Shown here: in pieces, positions 1 to 13,055 of the stretch
How positions within the stretch are numbered: position 1 is the first letter of the stretch
Layout of the letters: the number at the start of each line of letters is the position of its first letter
Assembly (NCBI GenBank): GCA_021432655.1
Contig: MU271331.1
Location: forward strand, 4,902 to 50,511
Direction: 5' to 3'
Source of the DNA: Atractiella rhizophila
Lineage: Eukaryota
Length of the DNA stretch: 45,610 nt
The notes under the pieces: generated by a model
Seen by the model: the letters and a program-made list of their open reading frames with translations, nothing else
What the model was told of the DNA's origin: nothing
Database searches by the model: none
Position numbers and translations under genes: made by a program

Positions 1-2
1 TC

Positions 3-347
3 ACCGTTGTCAGCAGCTCGCCAGGTCAAGGTTCTCCAGCCCTCAAATCCACCTTCAGTTCGACGTCACAAGCTTCTCCCAACTATTCCTCTAAGCTTTC
101 CAAACCCAACCGTAGCTCGGCACTCACAGCAACGAAACAGTCATCCCTCCCCCTCCCTTCACCTACAGTCTCAACGAGATCTACAAACGATATTCGTATG
201 CCTCCTCCGCAAACATCCGTCGCGTACCCCACGATGGCTGCATACCCTGGAGGAAAGAACAGCACATCACGCCAACCAAAGCGGAATGTTCCAGAACTAC
301 AGGAGCAGAATACAGACTTCGCTTTCTATCCAATCAATGGAAGATAG
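3..347 (+). CDS. 3' end of a gene entering the window; Ser/Thr/Pro-rich low-complexity C-terminus
   Basis: Frame open from base 3 to TAG at 345-347 (TVVSSSPGQGSPALKSTFSS...TDFAFYPINGR*), with disordered-protein composition and a T-rich 3'UTR-like stretch after it. No family motif recognised. Confidence 0.5.
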   Translation, partial: TVVSSSPGQGSPALKSTFSSTSQASPNYSSKLSKPNRSSALTATKQSSLPLPSPTVSTRSTNDIRMPPPQTSVAYPTMAAYPGGKNSTSRQPKRNVPELQEQNTDFAFYPINGR

Positions 348-471
348 ATTGACCTTCCGGCGGGTATCTGGCCTTTCTTTCGGTTGTGCTTTTGTATTGT
401 ACGTTCTTTGTCCAGTTAGTATACCATGGAATGGTTCCAATCATTTTCCGACTCGCTTTGAGAGTTCTATT

Positions 472-2196
472 TCACGAAACTGTCGAGGATAACAGCAGCT
501 CGAAAGCTTTTGACCGCTCCTCCTCAGGTTCCCATTCCCAAATCCAGGACATCCTGGTCTCAAGCTCAGCCCGCATCTTTTCCGTGTCTCTTTCGATTCC
601 AGGTTCCACCATCTCGTACACTCTCCCTATCGGGGAGGATGAGCCTGAGGGTCTGTCACTCGAAAGATTCGCTTACCCGCTTTTTCACTGGTCCAGTGCA
701 CCTTTTGGGCCCTGGGAAGTCGTATCTCTGAGTAAACTGCTAGAGCTTTACCCAACGTTTCCCGCTTGGTAAGTTCATGTGCTAGAATGTTGGCGAGGAG
801 GTAAGCGTCCTGAAAGACCATCAGCGAGTTATGGGATATAGTTAAAATCTTGCCTCGATGGCTTGACCTGCGCCAGCCCCTTGATGCGGAAGCATGGCAT
901 GAGCTGGAAGCTTCTTCAGAAATCAGTGAAGTCACAAATGGTCAACCCGTCACCTGAATCGCCTGGGCAATTGCTCGTTAATAAGCCTTAGATACTCAAA
1001 GAACTTACCCAGTAGAGCAACCTTGCCCATAGCGAAACTGGGAATAGGGGGGACGTCGTGAATAGCCCATCTACTTGGGTTTTCGATGAACTAATTACAG
1101 CTGAGCGCGATAGCTGGAGCAAAATAAGACAAACCTGAAGCAATCGCTGGACTCTCTCATCCCAACCTTCGAACTCTCCTAAAAACTCGTCTTTACTCAC
1201 AGTCTGGACCCACGGCCCGCTCTTCCACTCAGGAGTCGAAGTTGATCGATCAGAAGTAAAGGCAACTATGTTTACGAGCGTTTGGCGCCGAACAGGAAAA
1301 TGTAGGACATGCTGGACACAGTATTCAGATGGAAGCGCGGAACGCGAAACGAACCGACCTTATCAACACCAAGCCACATAACTGGCTTCGTAGCCCAATC
1401 ACCAAGTGCCTGTCTTGCTTTCTCCACCTCTATTAACCCTCGAAAAGCACAAGTTCCGGTGAATCTGGCCTTATATTCATCACCAAATAAACCCGCTCTC
1501 ACCACGCTCCGGACACCGTCACAACCAATCAGCAGATCAGTTTCGAATGTGTGGCCGTCTTCGAAATGGAGCGTTGTGACGGACGAATCGGATGGGGAAG
1601 TGTAGGATGTGAGACGCGATGAGAAATGCACAGTACAGGTCGGCGGAAGGCGAGAGAGCAGAAGAGAGAGGAAGTCAGCCCGGTGCACCGACGCTTTTTG
1701 ATAACCTGGTGCAATGGTCTGCCCCTTTATGAGCAGTTGGACATGCAAAGACATATTACGGACCCTCCCTATTGTTCCTTCGTTCTCACCGAAATTTCCG
1801 TCACCCTATTTGTCTCAATTTTATAAGCGACAAAGGTCAAGTAAATGCACGACGTACCCTTCTCCAGTTGAACCAGATATGATGCGGCTTCTCTTCCTCC
1901 TCTTTTAAACCTTCAGGCTTGAGATCCAAGCCATAAACCCCTCTCAAGTTCAACTTATCAAGAGTTTTAACACTGTTAGGTCCGAATCCAACACCCGCTC
2001 CAATTTCTTCGAACTTTTGCTGGTTATGCAAGTCAACTATGTATTTATTCTGCTTGGAGGTAAAACCTACAGCAGCTTCGAACAAGTGGATCTCATACTT
2101 TCCTTCTGGAGCTAGGGAAGACAAAGCCACACACAATGTGAGCCCTCCAATTCCACCCCCGATGATACTCAATTTGATGGCTCCGGATTCTGACAT
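472..2196 (-). CDS. FAD-dependent monooxygenase, salicylate hydroxylase-like (multi-exon)
   Basis: N-terminal GxGxxG (IIGGGIGGL), EIGAGVGFGPN, VHRADFL, DLLIGCDGVRSVVR, spliced GD motif LLGDSAHAMLPHQGAGAGQAIEDAY, RLPRAQKV and C-terminal MSWIWEW. ATG at 2196, stop at 472-474. Confidence 0.92.
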
Positions 2197-2966
2197 GACT
2201 GTCGACAAACTTGTGACTAGTCCTGATGCAGATTCGTTTGCTTAAGACAGATACTTATACCATCCCTTTGAGATCGGCCGTGCCCGTGCCCTTCGGCTCG
2301 CTGGCTGGGCAAATCGTTGTACCAATCTGCGGGGTAGAATCCGATGCACACATAGCTCAGATCCATCCAAAGAGAAACTGAAACCAAGGAGGTTCGTCTT
2401 TAGCTCTTTTATTTTATGAGCGCGTTTTCAAGGATTCCTGCGCAGTCGAAGTATGCCATCGCTTAACATTCCTTTGTTGTTTAAGGAGCAGCACTATTAT
2501 GCTGAGTGATGACCAGACGCAGCGACCAGTGTCATCACTAACATAGAAAACTAGCCCAAAAGATGTTTCCTCCAAAATTGGGAGAGTATTTTGTCCTGCT
2601 GACGCGGAATAGCACAGTAGAGCAGTTGGCCCATAGCTCTTGGCACAGCTTATTTTCCATACGTCGTGCTACATCTACTTCCCACGGAATAAAACGAAGA
2701 ATCGAAACAAAACCCGCACCAAAAGTACCACAGGACGCCATTCCCCAATATCATTAGGCAAAAAGGTACCACTCCACTCATTGCTAGTTTGTCAAGGCTG
2801 CACTCCACCCGCGACACTCTCCACCTTATCTCTACCTCACTTCCCAATCCCCAACAATTTAACAGATAGCATACCAACTACTCTAAGCCCAGCTAAGCTA
2901 CGCCTGACCAGACTCTCTCTCAAACGGAACTGGTCGTTTTGAGATGGTCACATGATCACGCGTTTC

Positions 2967-2980
2967 GAATGACGTCATTC
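2967..2980. promoter_or_regulatory. Perfect 14-bp palindrome containing a CRE (TGACGTCA) bZIP site, next to ACGCGT and CACATG motifs
   Basis: GAATGACGTCATTC lies in the divergent spacer between the monooxygenase and malic enzyme; ACGCGT at 2958-2963. Function is inferred from consensus only. Confidence 0.4.
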
Positions 2981-4009
2981 CACCAAACAGCAGTAACACA
3001 AAGATAGCTCATTATACGAAAGCGGTCGAGACACCGACAAGCCCTCGCCCTGTACTATCACTCGCTTCTGTGGCACCTTCAGCGCGCTTCTTCAGCCGCC
3101 AGGGTGAGTTAGGTTGTGCTTTGGAAAGTGAGTTTGGAGTGACCATAGGAAGGGCTTCTGCGACCTTGCGCTTTGGACAAGCTTATCGGTATGCACACTC
3201 TGCTCTTGTTGTTGGATGAGTCCGGTTCTTGTGGTAGTAGTGCCAACTAGAAGTACCAGTGTTTATGTTCGGCCAATCCCGAGGCAAAGACTTATTCGGG
3301 GACACAAGTTAAGAAGCACCACTGTGGCTTGCTCAGTGCTTATGTTTGTTCTTAAGTCGTTAAGGTGATAGAGCTGACACGCTGGGTGAGAAGCTGTACG
3401 TGAAGCGTGAATGCCTTCATAGCTACTTTGTTTAGACTCCGCAGCTGGTATCCAGATTAAACAACTTTAGTAGTAGAGCAATAAGCCTGTTAAAGGCGGC
3501 ATTACATAAACAGTTGACTGTCATTCAGCAGTACTGCACAATAGCCCAAGCTGATTTCACCTCGCTGTTGCTTTAATGAACCCTAGCATATATCTCTTAA
3601 TGAACGTTGAGCACTTCGAATCTCATTTACGCCATGGTTCAGCTGATTTCCTCTTCGCCGTATTGTTTTCCCCTTCATTGAGTACTAATCCTAGCATGAC
3701 ATTTGATGGATACATGTTGACTGTATCACTCCACGTTTGCAACCTGTGCATCCCCTTCCTCTACGATGGCTTGAATGCGATACTAGAATAAGCTGTCAAT
3801 AAATCCATGGACGGGACTGATTCCCTCTTCTGCTTGACAGGTTCAGTTACTGCACCGACCGTTTGCCGAGGCCGATAGCTTGCTTATCATAGGTAGCTCT
3901 TAATCCCTCTCAAAATAAACGTGCCCAACTTTCAATCGATCGGACCGTATTGCGGGCCAACAAGTCGACACTTCCTTCAACGCCGCTGCTTTATTTAAGC
4001 CTGACCAGC

Positions 4010-6758
4010 ATGGGCCTCTGCGTCCGAGCCTCTTCGTTACAACGAAGCATGAAAGTCTGGAACAGTCAGCACCCTCACTCCCACTTCCATCTACGCCAGA
4101 ACAGCTTGCTCCGTTGCCTTCACACAGAAAAAGGGACGAGTGATCCGAATGAGCATTTGATTCATGATAAGAATGCTGTGCCGATAAAGACGACCCTGAA
4201 GGGGAGGTTCGTCTTCTCTCTCAGCTGCCCCCTCTGAAGTTGAATGGACCAACTAACGAGTGCTGTGGGGGATAGAGCGCTGCTAAACAACAGTGTACTC
4301 AACAAAGGCACGGCTTTCACAAGAGAGGAGAGGAAGAGATTCGACCTTGAGGTCAGTTTCTACTGCTTGGTAAAAGGAGTGCCTGATGATTTGTTCGTTC
4401 ATTTTTAGAGCTTCCTTCCCTACGAAGTGCATGACCTTTCGACCCAACGTGCGAGAGCATGGGAGCAGCTAAATTCTCGACGTATGCTTTTCCGCCTGGA
4501 AAGTGTTTGTATGCGTTGTTGACTGGGATGGCGAACAGCAAGCAAGGTGCTTAAATTTTCGTTCCTTTCTTCGATGAGGGACCAAAATCAAGTTCTCTAC
4601 TACTCCCTCCTCCATTCCCATATCAAAGAACTTTTACCCATTATTTACACGCCAACCGGTGGGTGCTTCTCTTCGTTTTCTCATACTCCGAGTGACTGCG
4701 TGCTACGCTAGTTGGAGATGCGATTCAACAGTATTCGCATCTCTTCCGACGGCCGGTCGGTGCATACTTGACGATTAAGAACCAAGAGCGTATGGAAGAA
4801 GATTTGTTGCTCCATAAACCAGAGAACGAGGTGGATCTCATTGTTTGTACTGACGCCGAGGGCATATTGGGAATTGGCGACCAGGGAGTGGGAGGAACGT
4901 TAATCTGCATCGGAAAGAGCGCAGTGTACACTATTGGAGCGGGAATCGATCCGAGTCGAATACTACCTGTTGTTCTTGTGAGTCCTTTCTTGACCGGAAA
5001 GAACAGATAACTCATAGAGCTGGAGCATAGGATGTTGGTACGAACAATAGCGAGCTCCTCAACGACCCGCTTTATCTTGGCTGGAAGCATAAGCGCGTCT
5101 CGCCGCAAGAGTACGACGCATTCGTGAACAAGTTCTGCGATATTGTCAGGAAGAGGTTTCCCGATGCATTGTTACATTTTGAGGATTTTGGGGCATCGAA
5201 TGCTCAGCGCTTACTGGACACCTTCAGACCAAAACGTATGTTCCCTTACATCTGCAATCTCTTTGCGCTAACACAAAAACATAGAGAGTTGCTTTAATGG
5301 TATGTCGCTACCTATATTGTTGCAAGGTTAACTCTTCCACGTCCTGCTACCTTTAGATGACATTCAAGGTCCGTATGGTCGATAACATTGCATACATGCT
5401 GATAAAGAAATAGGAACGGCTGCTGTTGTTCTCTCTTCCCTGATGTCGGTGCGTCCGCTTCATAACTACGGGCAGCAGACAAACGGAGCCTGATTATTGG
5501 GTTTAGGCACTGCATGTGACAAAGCAAAGCCTGAAAGATCAGAAAATAGTAGTTTATGGGTTTGGTTCCGCTGGACTCGGAATTGCGAGCTTCATCAAGC
5601 AGTCAATGGTACTTGACGAAGGACTATCCGAAGACGAGGCAGCATCCAAAATATGGGGAATCGATCGGTTCGTACTTTTCTACTTAAAAACTCAAAACTG
5701 ATACCAGGGTGGTGAATTGTTGAAGCAATGGATTGTTAACCACAGACCAGGAGTTGAGACACGGACAAGATCTGTTTGCGAAAGATAAAAACAACCTTTC
5801 TGAGTGGAGTGAACCGTCATTTGGAGAAGGAAATGAGAAGAATTGGGGATTACTCGATGTAATCAAGAATGTGAAGCCGACCATCTTGATTGGCTGTTCA
5901 ACCCATGCCGGGTCTTTCAATGAGGAGGTAAGCTCCCCTGCCCTCTCATCAATACTCATGCGAAGTTGGAGGAACAGGTCGTGAAGGAGATGTGCAAGCA
6001 TGTTGAAAGACCTGTCATCTTCCCTCTTTCGAATCCAACGTCCAAGACAGAGGCGGATCCGTGTAATCTTGTCATTAATCATCTAAATCAATGATTTGAC
6101 CTTCATTCTAGCTGACTTGTACCATTGGAGCAATGGCAAAGCGCTCATTACAACTGGGTAAGCTACTCTCATTACCTCTCCGTCGCTGACCATTTGTATC
6201 AGCACACCGTTCCCACCAGTATGCTCCCTTTCTCTGTCCGCAATCTTTAGCTTCATGCTTCCATTTTCCACAGATCAAAACGGATGATGGGAAAACGGTC
6301 GTGATTGGCGAATGCAACGTAGGTTATCCAGCAAGCCTCCTAAGAGCTAAGGTCATTCATTTCCTCAGAACGCACTAATCTATCCCGGTCTTGCACTCGG
6401 GACAATAATCAGCAGAGCGACATCATTAACAGATAAAATGATTACTGCAGGCGCAAGAGAGCTAGCTGCGCTCTCTCCCGCCTTAAAGGATCCCGAGCGA
6501 CCTCTCCTCCCCGACCTAGCAAACGTTCGTGAAGTCAGTTGCAAAGTTGCAACTGCTGTTGCCAACGCAGCCATCGAGGAGAGAACGGAAACAGAGGGAG
6601 CGAAAGAGGAAAGGAAACGAGATCAAGATCATGGAAAGGATGGAAGATGGACTGAGGAAATGGTCAGAAAGAGGATGTGGGATCCGGTTTATAGGCCCCT
6701 AGAGTATTCCCAGGATCGCGGGCCTCTTGACGATCAGCTGTTGACTGGGACTTGGTAA
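4010..6758 (+). CDS. MAE1: Malic enzyme, probably mitochondrial (multi-exon)
   Basis: Spliced motifs [94 protein letters not shown] and MWDPVY. The N-terminus is basic and presequence-like. Confidence 0.95.
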
Positions 6759-7032
6759 AAGTGTGAAGGTTCATAGCAAACAAAAATTGACGAGTAGGCA
6801 ACTCAAAGTCCCCGCTCGCCAATTCTCCAGTGTTACAGCTAATTTGATTGCATTTCCTCGCTATCTGAGTCTTCAACCTTGCAATCCAATGCATCATAAC
6901 AAACTGTCATATTGTTCTGACCAATCGGCACCTTAATAACAAAGTTGAGCCTGTCCCAAAACAATTTACCCGCTCATTTATAAGCCCAGCTCAGCATCAA
7001 GCTAACGCCTCCAAGCACAACGTCAAATCAGA

Positions 7033-8776
<1,744 letters not shown>

Positions 8777-9177
8777 TGTTCGACCTTTTCAAATTCAAAA
8801 TTGTACAATGTGCTGTCCTGGAACATCGGGAAGCAGGATTGAAAATGGTGGATAGGACTCTTGACAATTCAAGGTGTAAAACTCCCGAGGCTAAATGAAA
8901 TCAGTGTACCATGTCGCTCAATGTTCGAGCTTGCGTCATCCCTACCCAGTCTGCACTGGACCTCAAATACCAACAATGAACCAATACTAACAATGCAATT
9001 CCTTAAGATTAACTCGGGTCCGAACTTAAGCATGGAGTTAACCTAGTTCTACAGAGAATGAATGCATATTCATTGACCAACAAGACAGTGTCCGCCACCA
9101 GATTGACAGCCAGCAACAAAGCCACGTAAATTTTATCGAAGTTATAATTTTTCGCAGCATCTCCGCCTCTCCTCAGC

Positions 9178-10678
9178 ATGCAGCCAACATTCCACAAATT
9201 GCCCATTAAATTCTACGCATGGAAGGCTCACAACACGCCACAACAAGTAGAGAATAGTCAATCCTGCGGTCGTTGGGATGCAATTCTCACGGACGATCCT
9301 GATACCAACAAGGCGACCCTTGATCTTATCGACCGCGTCAAGGAGAAGAGGGTTTTTGATGCTATCGTTCCAAAAAGTATTAAAGAGGTAGAATACCCAA
9401 GCGATAGCCGGTTTTTGGCTGGATTGCCTTGCTTAATAGCTATTCAATGGTTTGAGGGTCCTACAACGGATTCTGCAAGCCATGTAAGGGAAACAAGGAC
9501 GTCGGTCAGGATTAGCTACATGTTCATGCAGATTGAAAGCGAGAAGATGGACGTCAGCTTATTGAAAACTTTTAGGAAGGCGCGTCTACTCTTCTCTATT
9601 TTCTTCGTCGCAAACTCACTATTTGTTTAGGTATTGGATAAATGGCACGTTCATCATGGCTTTGAGATGAGAGGAATACTGCAAGTAACTTTTCAGTGTC
9701 TCAGCGCGTTCTGACAACTTCTTCTACAAAAGAGAGGGCCACGGGCTGCCTCCTAGTTTCGTTCAACTCACAGGCATCACTGAGCCTCAATCATCCAATA
9801 CCAGATCCTTGACGCCCGGAAAATCTTCTCTGCCTCAAGTTGCCAAAGCTGGCGCGAAACCAAAGGAGCTCAAACGAAAGCGGTCAACCATCAATCCAGT
9901 TGAGCCCGAAGGACTTCCCAGTACCGCTACACGGAAACGATTCATTTTGGTCCCAAAATCAAGAAGAAAGACCGACACCGCCACCTCTCCAGTGAGACAG
10001 AGGTCGCTCTCACGATCTGACAGCGCGCCAGACGAACCAACTCCAGCTCTACAGCGCGGTCAGGGCGCGAAAGCAGTTCCTAACCCAGAATCCTCAGGGG
10101 AACGTCCTCCTAAGAAGAGCAAACGTAATTCAAAATCCACCACGAAGAAGAAGAAGCCAAGGATGACACAAGAGTATTTACGTCAGGTACTGGCCGAGAT
10201 GGCGAGTACGGATGAGGAGGTTTCACCTGTACCTGTCGAAGCTGGGACGAACGAAGTCACACCAGATCGCTATTCGGAGTTCCAGGTTGCAGCTTTGCGC
10301 CAACGGCTCCTTGAGAGCGAAATGGAAATCAAAGCTCTCAAACGCACCACTCCCCATGCTACAACGACTTCTCCTTCCAAGTCTAAGTCTGACTATGGAA
10401 CGGTCAAGCCTACGGTGACAGAGCAGTACCTTCTTGATCACATGAAAGAGTTAAAACGATCAATCGAGGAGAAAGATTTACGAATCAAGGAACTGGAGGA
10501 GCAGCTTAGACACAGGGGAACGTCAAACGCTCACGAGACTAAGCGTAATGATGTCGCATCTGTGTCTGAAAGCAAGAGGGAGAAGGAGGCGATGGTCCCT
10601 GTTGCTGACGTGTGGGAGAGACTTGCACCACTAGTCTCCTTGCTCCAACATGGTTCAGGAAGCAACAGCGAAGATTGA
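9178..10678 (+). CDS. Hypothetical protein with a basic disordered middle region and C-terminal coiled coil (likely nuclear)
   Basis: A 289-codon terminal ORF with NLS-like KRKR/KKKK and heptad-like LKRSIEEKDLRIKELEEQL, joined to an ATG ORF at 9178 through plausible short introns. No family recognised. Confidence 0.6.
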
Positions 10679-10797
10679 TGGTGTGCAAAGGTATGCTTTC
10701 ACAATACTTCGGACTAACACGTTATGCATTGCTGACTGAGCTGTCACAGAGTTGATTGTCTAGCTTTCCTATTTTGATTATTAGTATTATGTTTAAT

Positions 10798-11491
10798 CTA
10801 TATCTTACTTGCCTTATTACTAGCAAGTTCCTGTCTAGGCTCCGCTTTCCACCTCTCTCCTTCTTCGAACAAACCTTCCAGCCACTTCGCCTCCTTCAGC
10901 ATTTCCTCCTTCGACCTTGGCTTTGCCCATTGCGTCGGATCCAAGACAAGTGGTTTACCCTCCACGCTCCCATCATACCTACTCTTCAAATCCTTCTCAG
11001 TTGTTTCTAACGCATCATACACCTTATCCATGGGCTCAAAATCCTTCGGATGCCTGGGAAGGATGTGAACGTGGACATGAGGAACTGTTTGGCCAGCTAA
11101 TGGTCCGTCTTGAATCGCAATCGTCAAAGATCCGGCAGAGTACGCTCGTTCGACGACGGAGGATATTCGATGGACTGAAAGCTGCCATTCATGTCGTTAG
11201 TTCGACGAAGGAAATTGTTGGAAGCGAACCCATAGATCTGCAACTTCATCTTTCGACAGACCCCCAAAACGTGGCTCGACCCGCTTAGGAATCACGAGCA
11301 CGTCTAGTAACAAGCAGTTATACTGAGATCTTGTTGTGCAGAGGGGGAATAAGGAGAAAGCACTCACGTCCAGGCACAATAGGCATGAGATTTACGATAC
11401 CGAGTGTTAAAGGGGAAGCAAAAAATATCTGCCCATCTATCGGAAAGGTGGAGAATGTGGGAGCAGAGCTTGCTGGTGCTGAGGTTTGCAT
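10798..11491 (-). CDS. HNT2: HIT-family dinucleoside triphosphate hydrolase (Fhit/Hnt2 type)
   Basis: VNLMPIVPGHVLVIPKR, IAIQDGPLAGQTVPHVHVHILPR (histidine triad) and C-terminal PRSKEEMLKEA; two GT-AG introns. Confidence 0.93.
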
Positions 11492-11770
11492 GATTCTAGC
11501 TACAATTCGTGCAGAATGTCGAAAGGGCAGCAATCGAGGGAGAAGTGTGCTCGCCAGTTTGAAGAACTAGGCGATAGTCCAAGGTTATATAATTCGATTG
11601 TATAGCAGGATCTTGCTACCCGGTAACCGGCAAGGTCTTCCTGTAAGCCCTTGAAGAAAAAGCAAAAGGTGAAGGTCATCTCGTTCGGCATCGCCGGACC
11701 CGAGGTGGGACAAGACACGTGCGAGTACTTTGCACTTTCACTCCAACTTTGACGGTTCTTCTGCCTGACA

Positions 11771-12738
11771 ATGTCCCTCTCGCGACCCTTCTCCCTCGTC
11801 CCTCCTACGCCTACGCTCGAGCGCCTCATTCGCGTGCTGTCGACATGGGGAGGAACCGACCGCTTCTTCATGGTTATCCAGTATTCGACGACCCTCCTGC
11901 TATGGGTGCTGAAGAACTCTCTTAAGGTGCAAAGCGGTCCGAAGCTCGTCAACTTGGAGAAGTTGTTGGGCGAGATTAGTCAAGCGAGAATGCTGTATGA
12001 CTGTCTGTTGGAAGTTCCACCACGCTGATGTCGGCGTTGTGGAATAGTTACCGAATTTGGGGTGTCTTGCCCATTTTGACGTGGTTGCAAGCCCTGGAGA
12101 AGCCTGGATATAAACCCACGAGTAAACTGAATCACTGGATCGAGCGCGCTCAAGGGTATTCTATGCTAGCTTACTATCCGCTTGAGCATACTTGTACGAC
12201 CTCCGTTTCTTAACTCGACCTTCCTCAATGTTGGGATCACAGACTTCCTCGGCTCTAAAGGCCTCATATCTCTCACTCCTGCACAGCAAGGGCGGGCTGG
12301 AATATGGTCCGTCCGTTTCTGGGCACTTTACGTCTTCCTCCAATTCGCGCACCTGTACGAAGACCTGCGTCTGCTCAAGCTGAGAAAACGAGCTGTGGAT
12401 GCGTTGGACTCCCCCGCTCTGTCTGCGGATGAAAGGGAAGGGAAAGAGTATCTTGAAGTCGCGAGGACGGAGAAAGGGGACAAGAGGAAGAAGATTGCGG
12501 CTATCGAGCAGCAAGAAAGGGGCTTATGGGACGATTTTATCGTCAATGTTGGCTATGCTCCGCTGACGGTTCACTGGTTCGATACCTCAGTTCTGTCTAC
12601 GATATGTATCGGATATTGACGAGAGTGCATAGGTCCCTCGAAAGTGGCCTTTTCCAGCCTGGTAGCCCATGGGTTGCAATATTCGGAACAATCGCTGGGC
12701 TCTATTCCTGGAAGCAAGCTTGGGCTAAGGCTGCTTGA
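11771..12738 (+). CDS. PEX11: Peroxisomal biogenesis factor 11 family protein (Pex11C-like)
   Basis: LIRVLSTWGGTDRFFMVIQY, ARMLYRIWGVLPI, YYPLEH, IWSVRFWALYV and NVGYAPLTVHWSLE resemble fungal Pex11-family proteins; three GT-AG introns. Confidence 0.75.
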
Positions 12739-13055
12739 TGTTCTACGAAATCTGAAATGGTGCTCTCTATTCGTGACTGCTTGCGCTTGATCTAACAAAA
12801 AAGCTGAAATTCATGTTTCCCGTAAAATGTTAGAGCGGCAGCAGAAAGGACACAATAAAGCTTTCCCGCGCAGATGCTCTCACAGCTTACGGACCTGTTG
12901 TGCTGCAGGGACTCAGCACTCAAATGCTCCGGAGAATAGCTCCAGCTCCAGTGCTCCAGCACCTCCTCGCTCCTTGGGCGAGGGGACAAATAACGCCAAA
13001 CTAAGTAGTGAGTCCAAGTCAAGTCATAGTTTCTAGCAAGCGCTTTACCTCCAAC

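Noticed and set aside
7..772. Plus-strand ORFs 7-492 and 386-772, and similar antisense ORFs across the window
   Set aside because: They are shadow or alternate frames overlapping better-supported genes, often with non-ATG starts and no motifs.
3205..3230. TTGGATGAGTCC resembling U3 snoRNA box C'
   Set aside because: Boxes A, B, C and D could not be found at the expected spacing.
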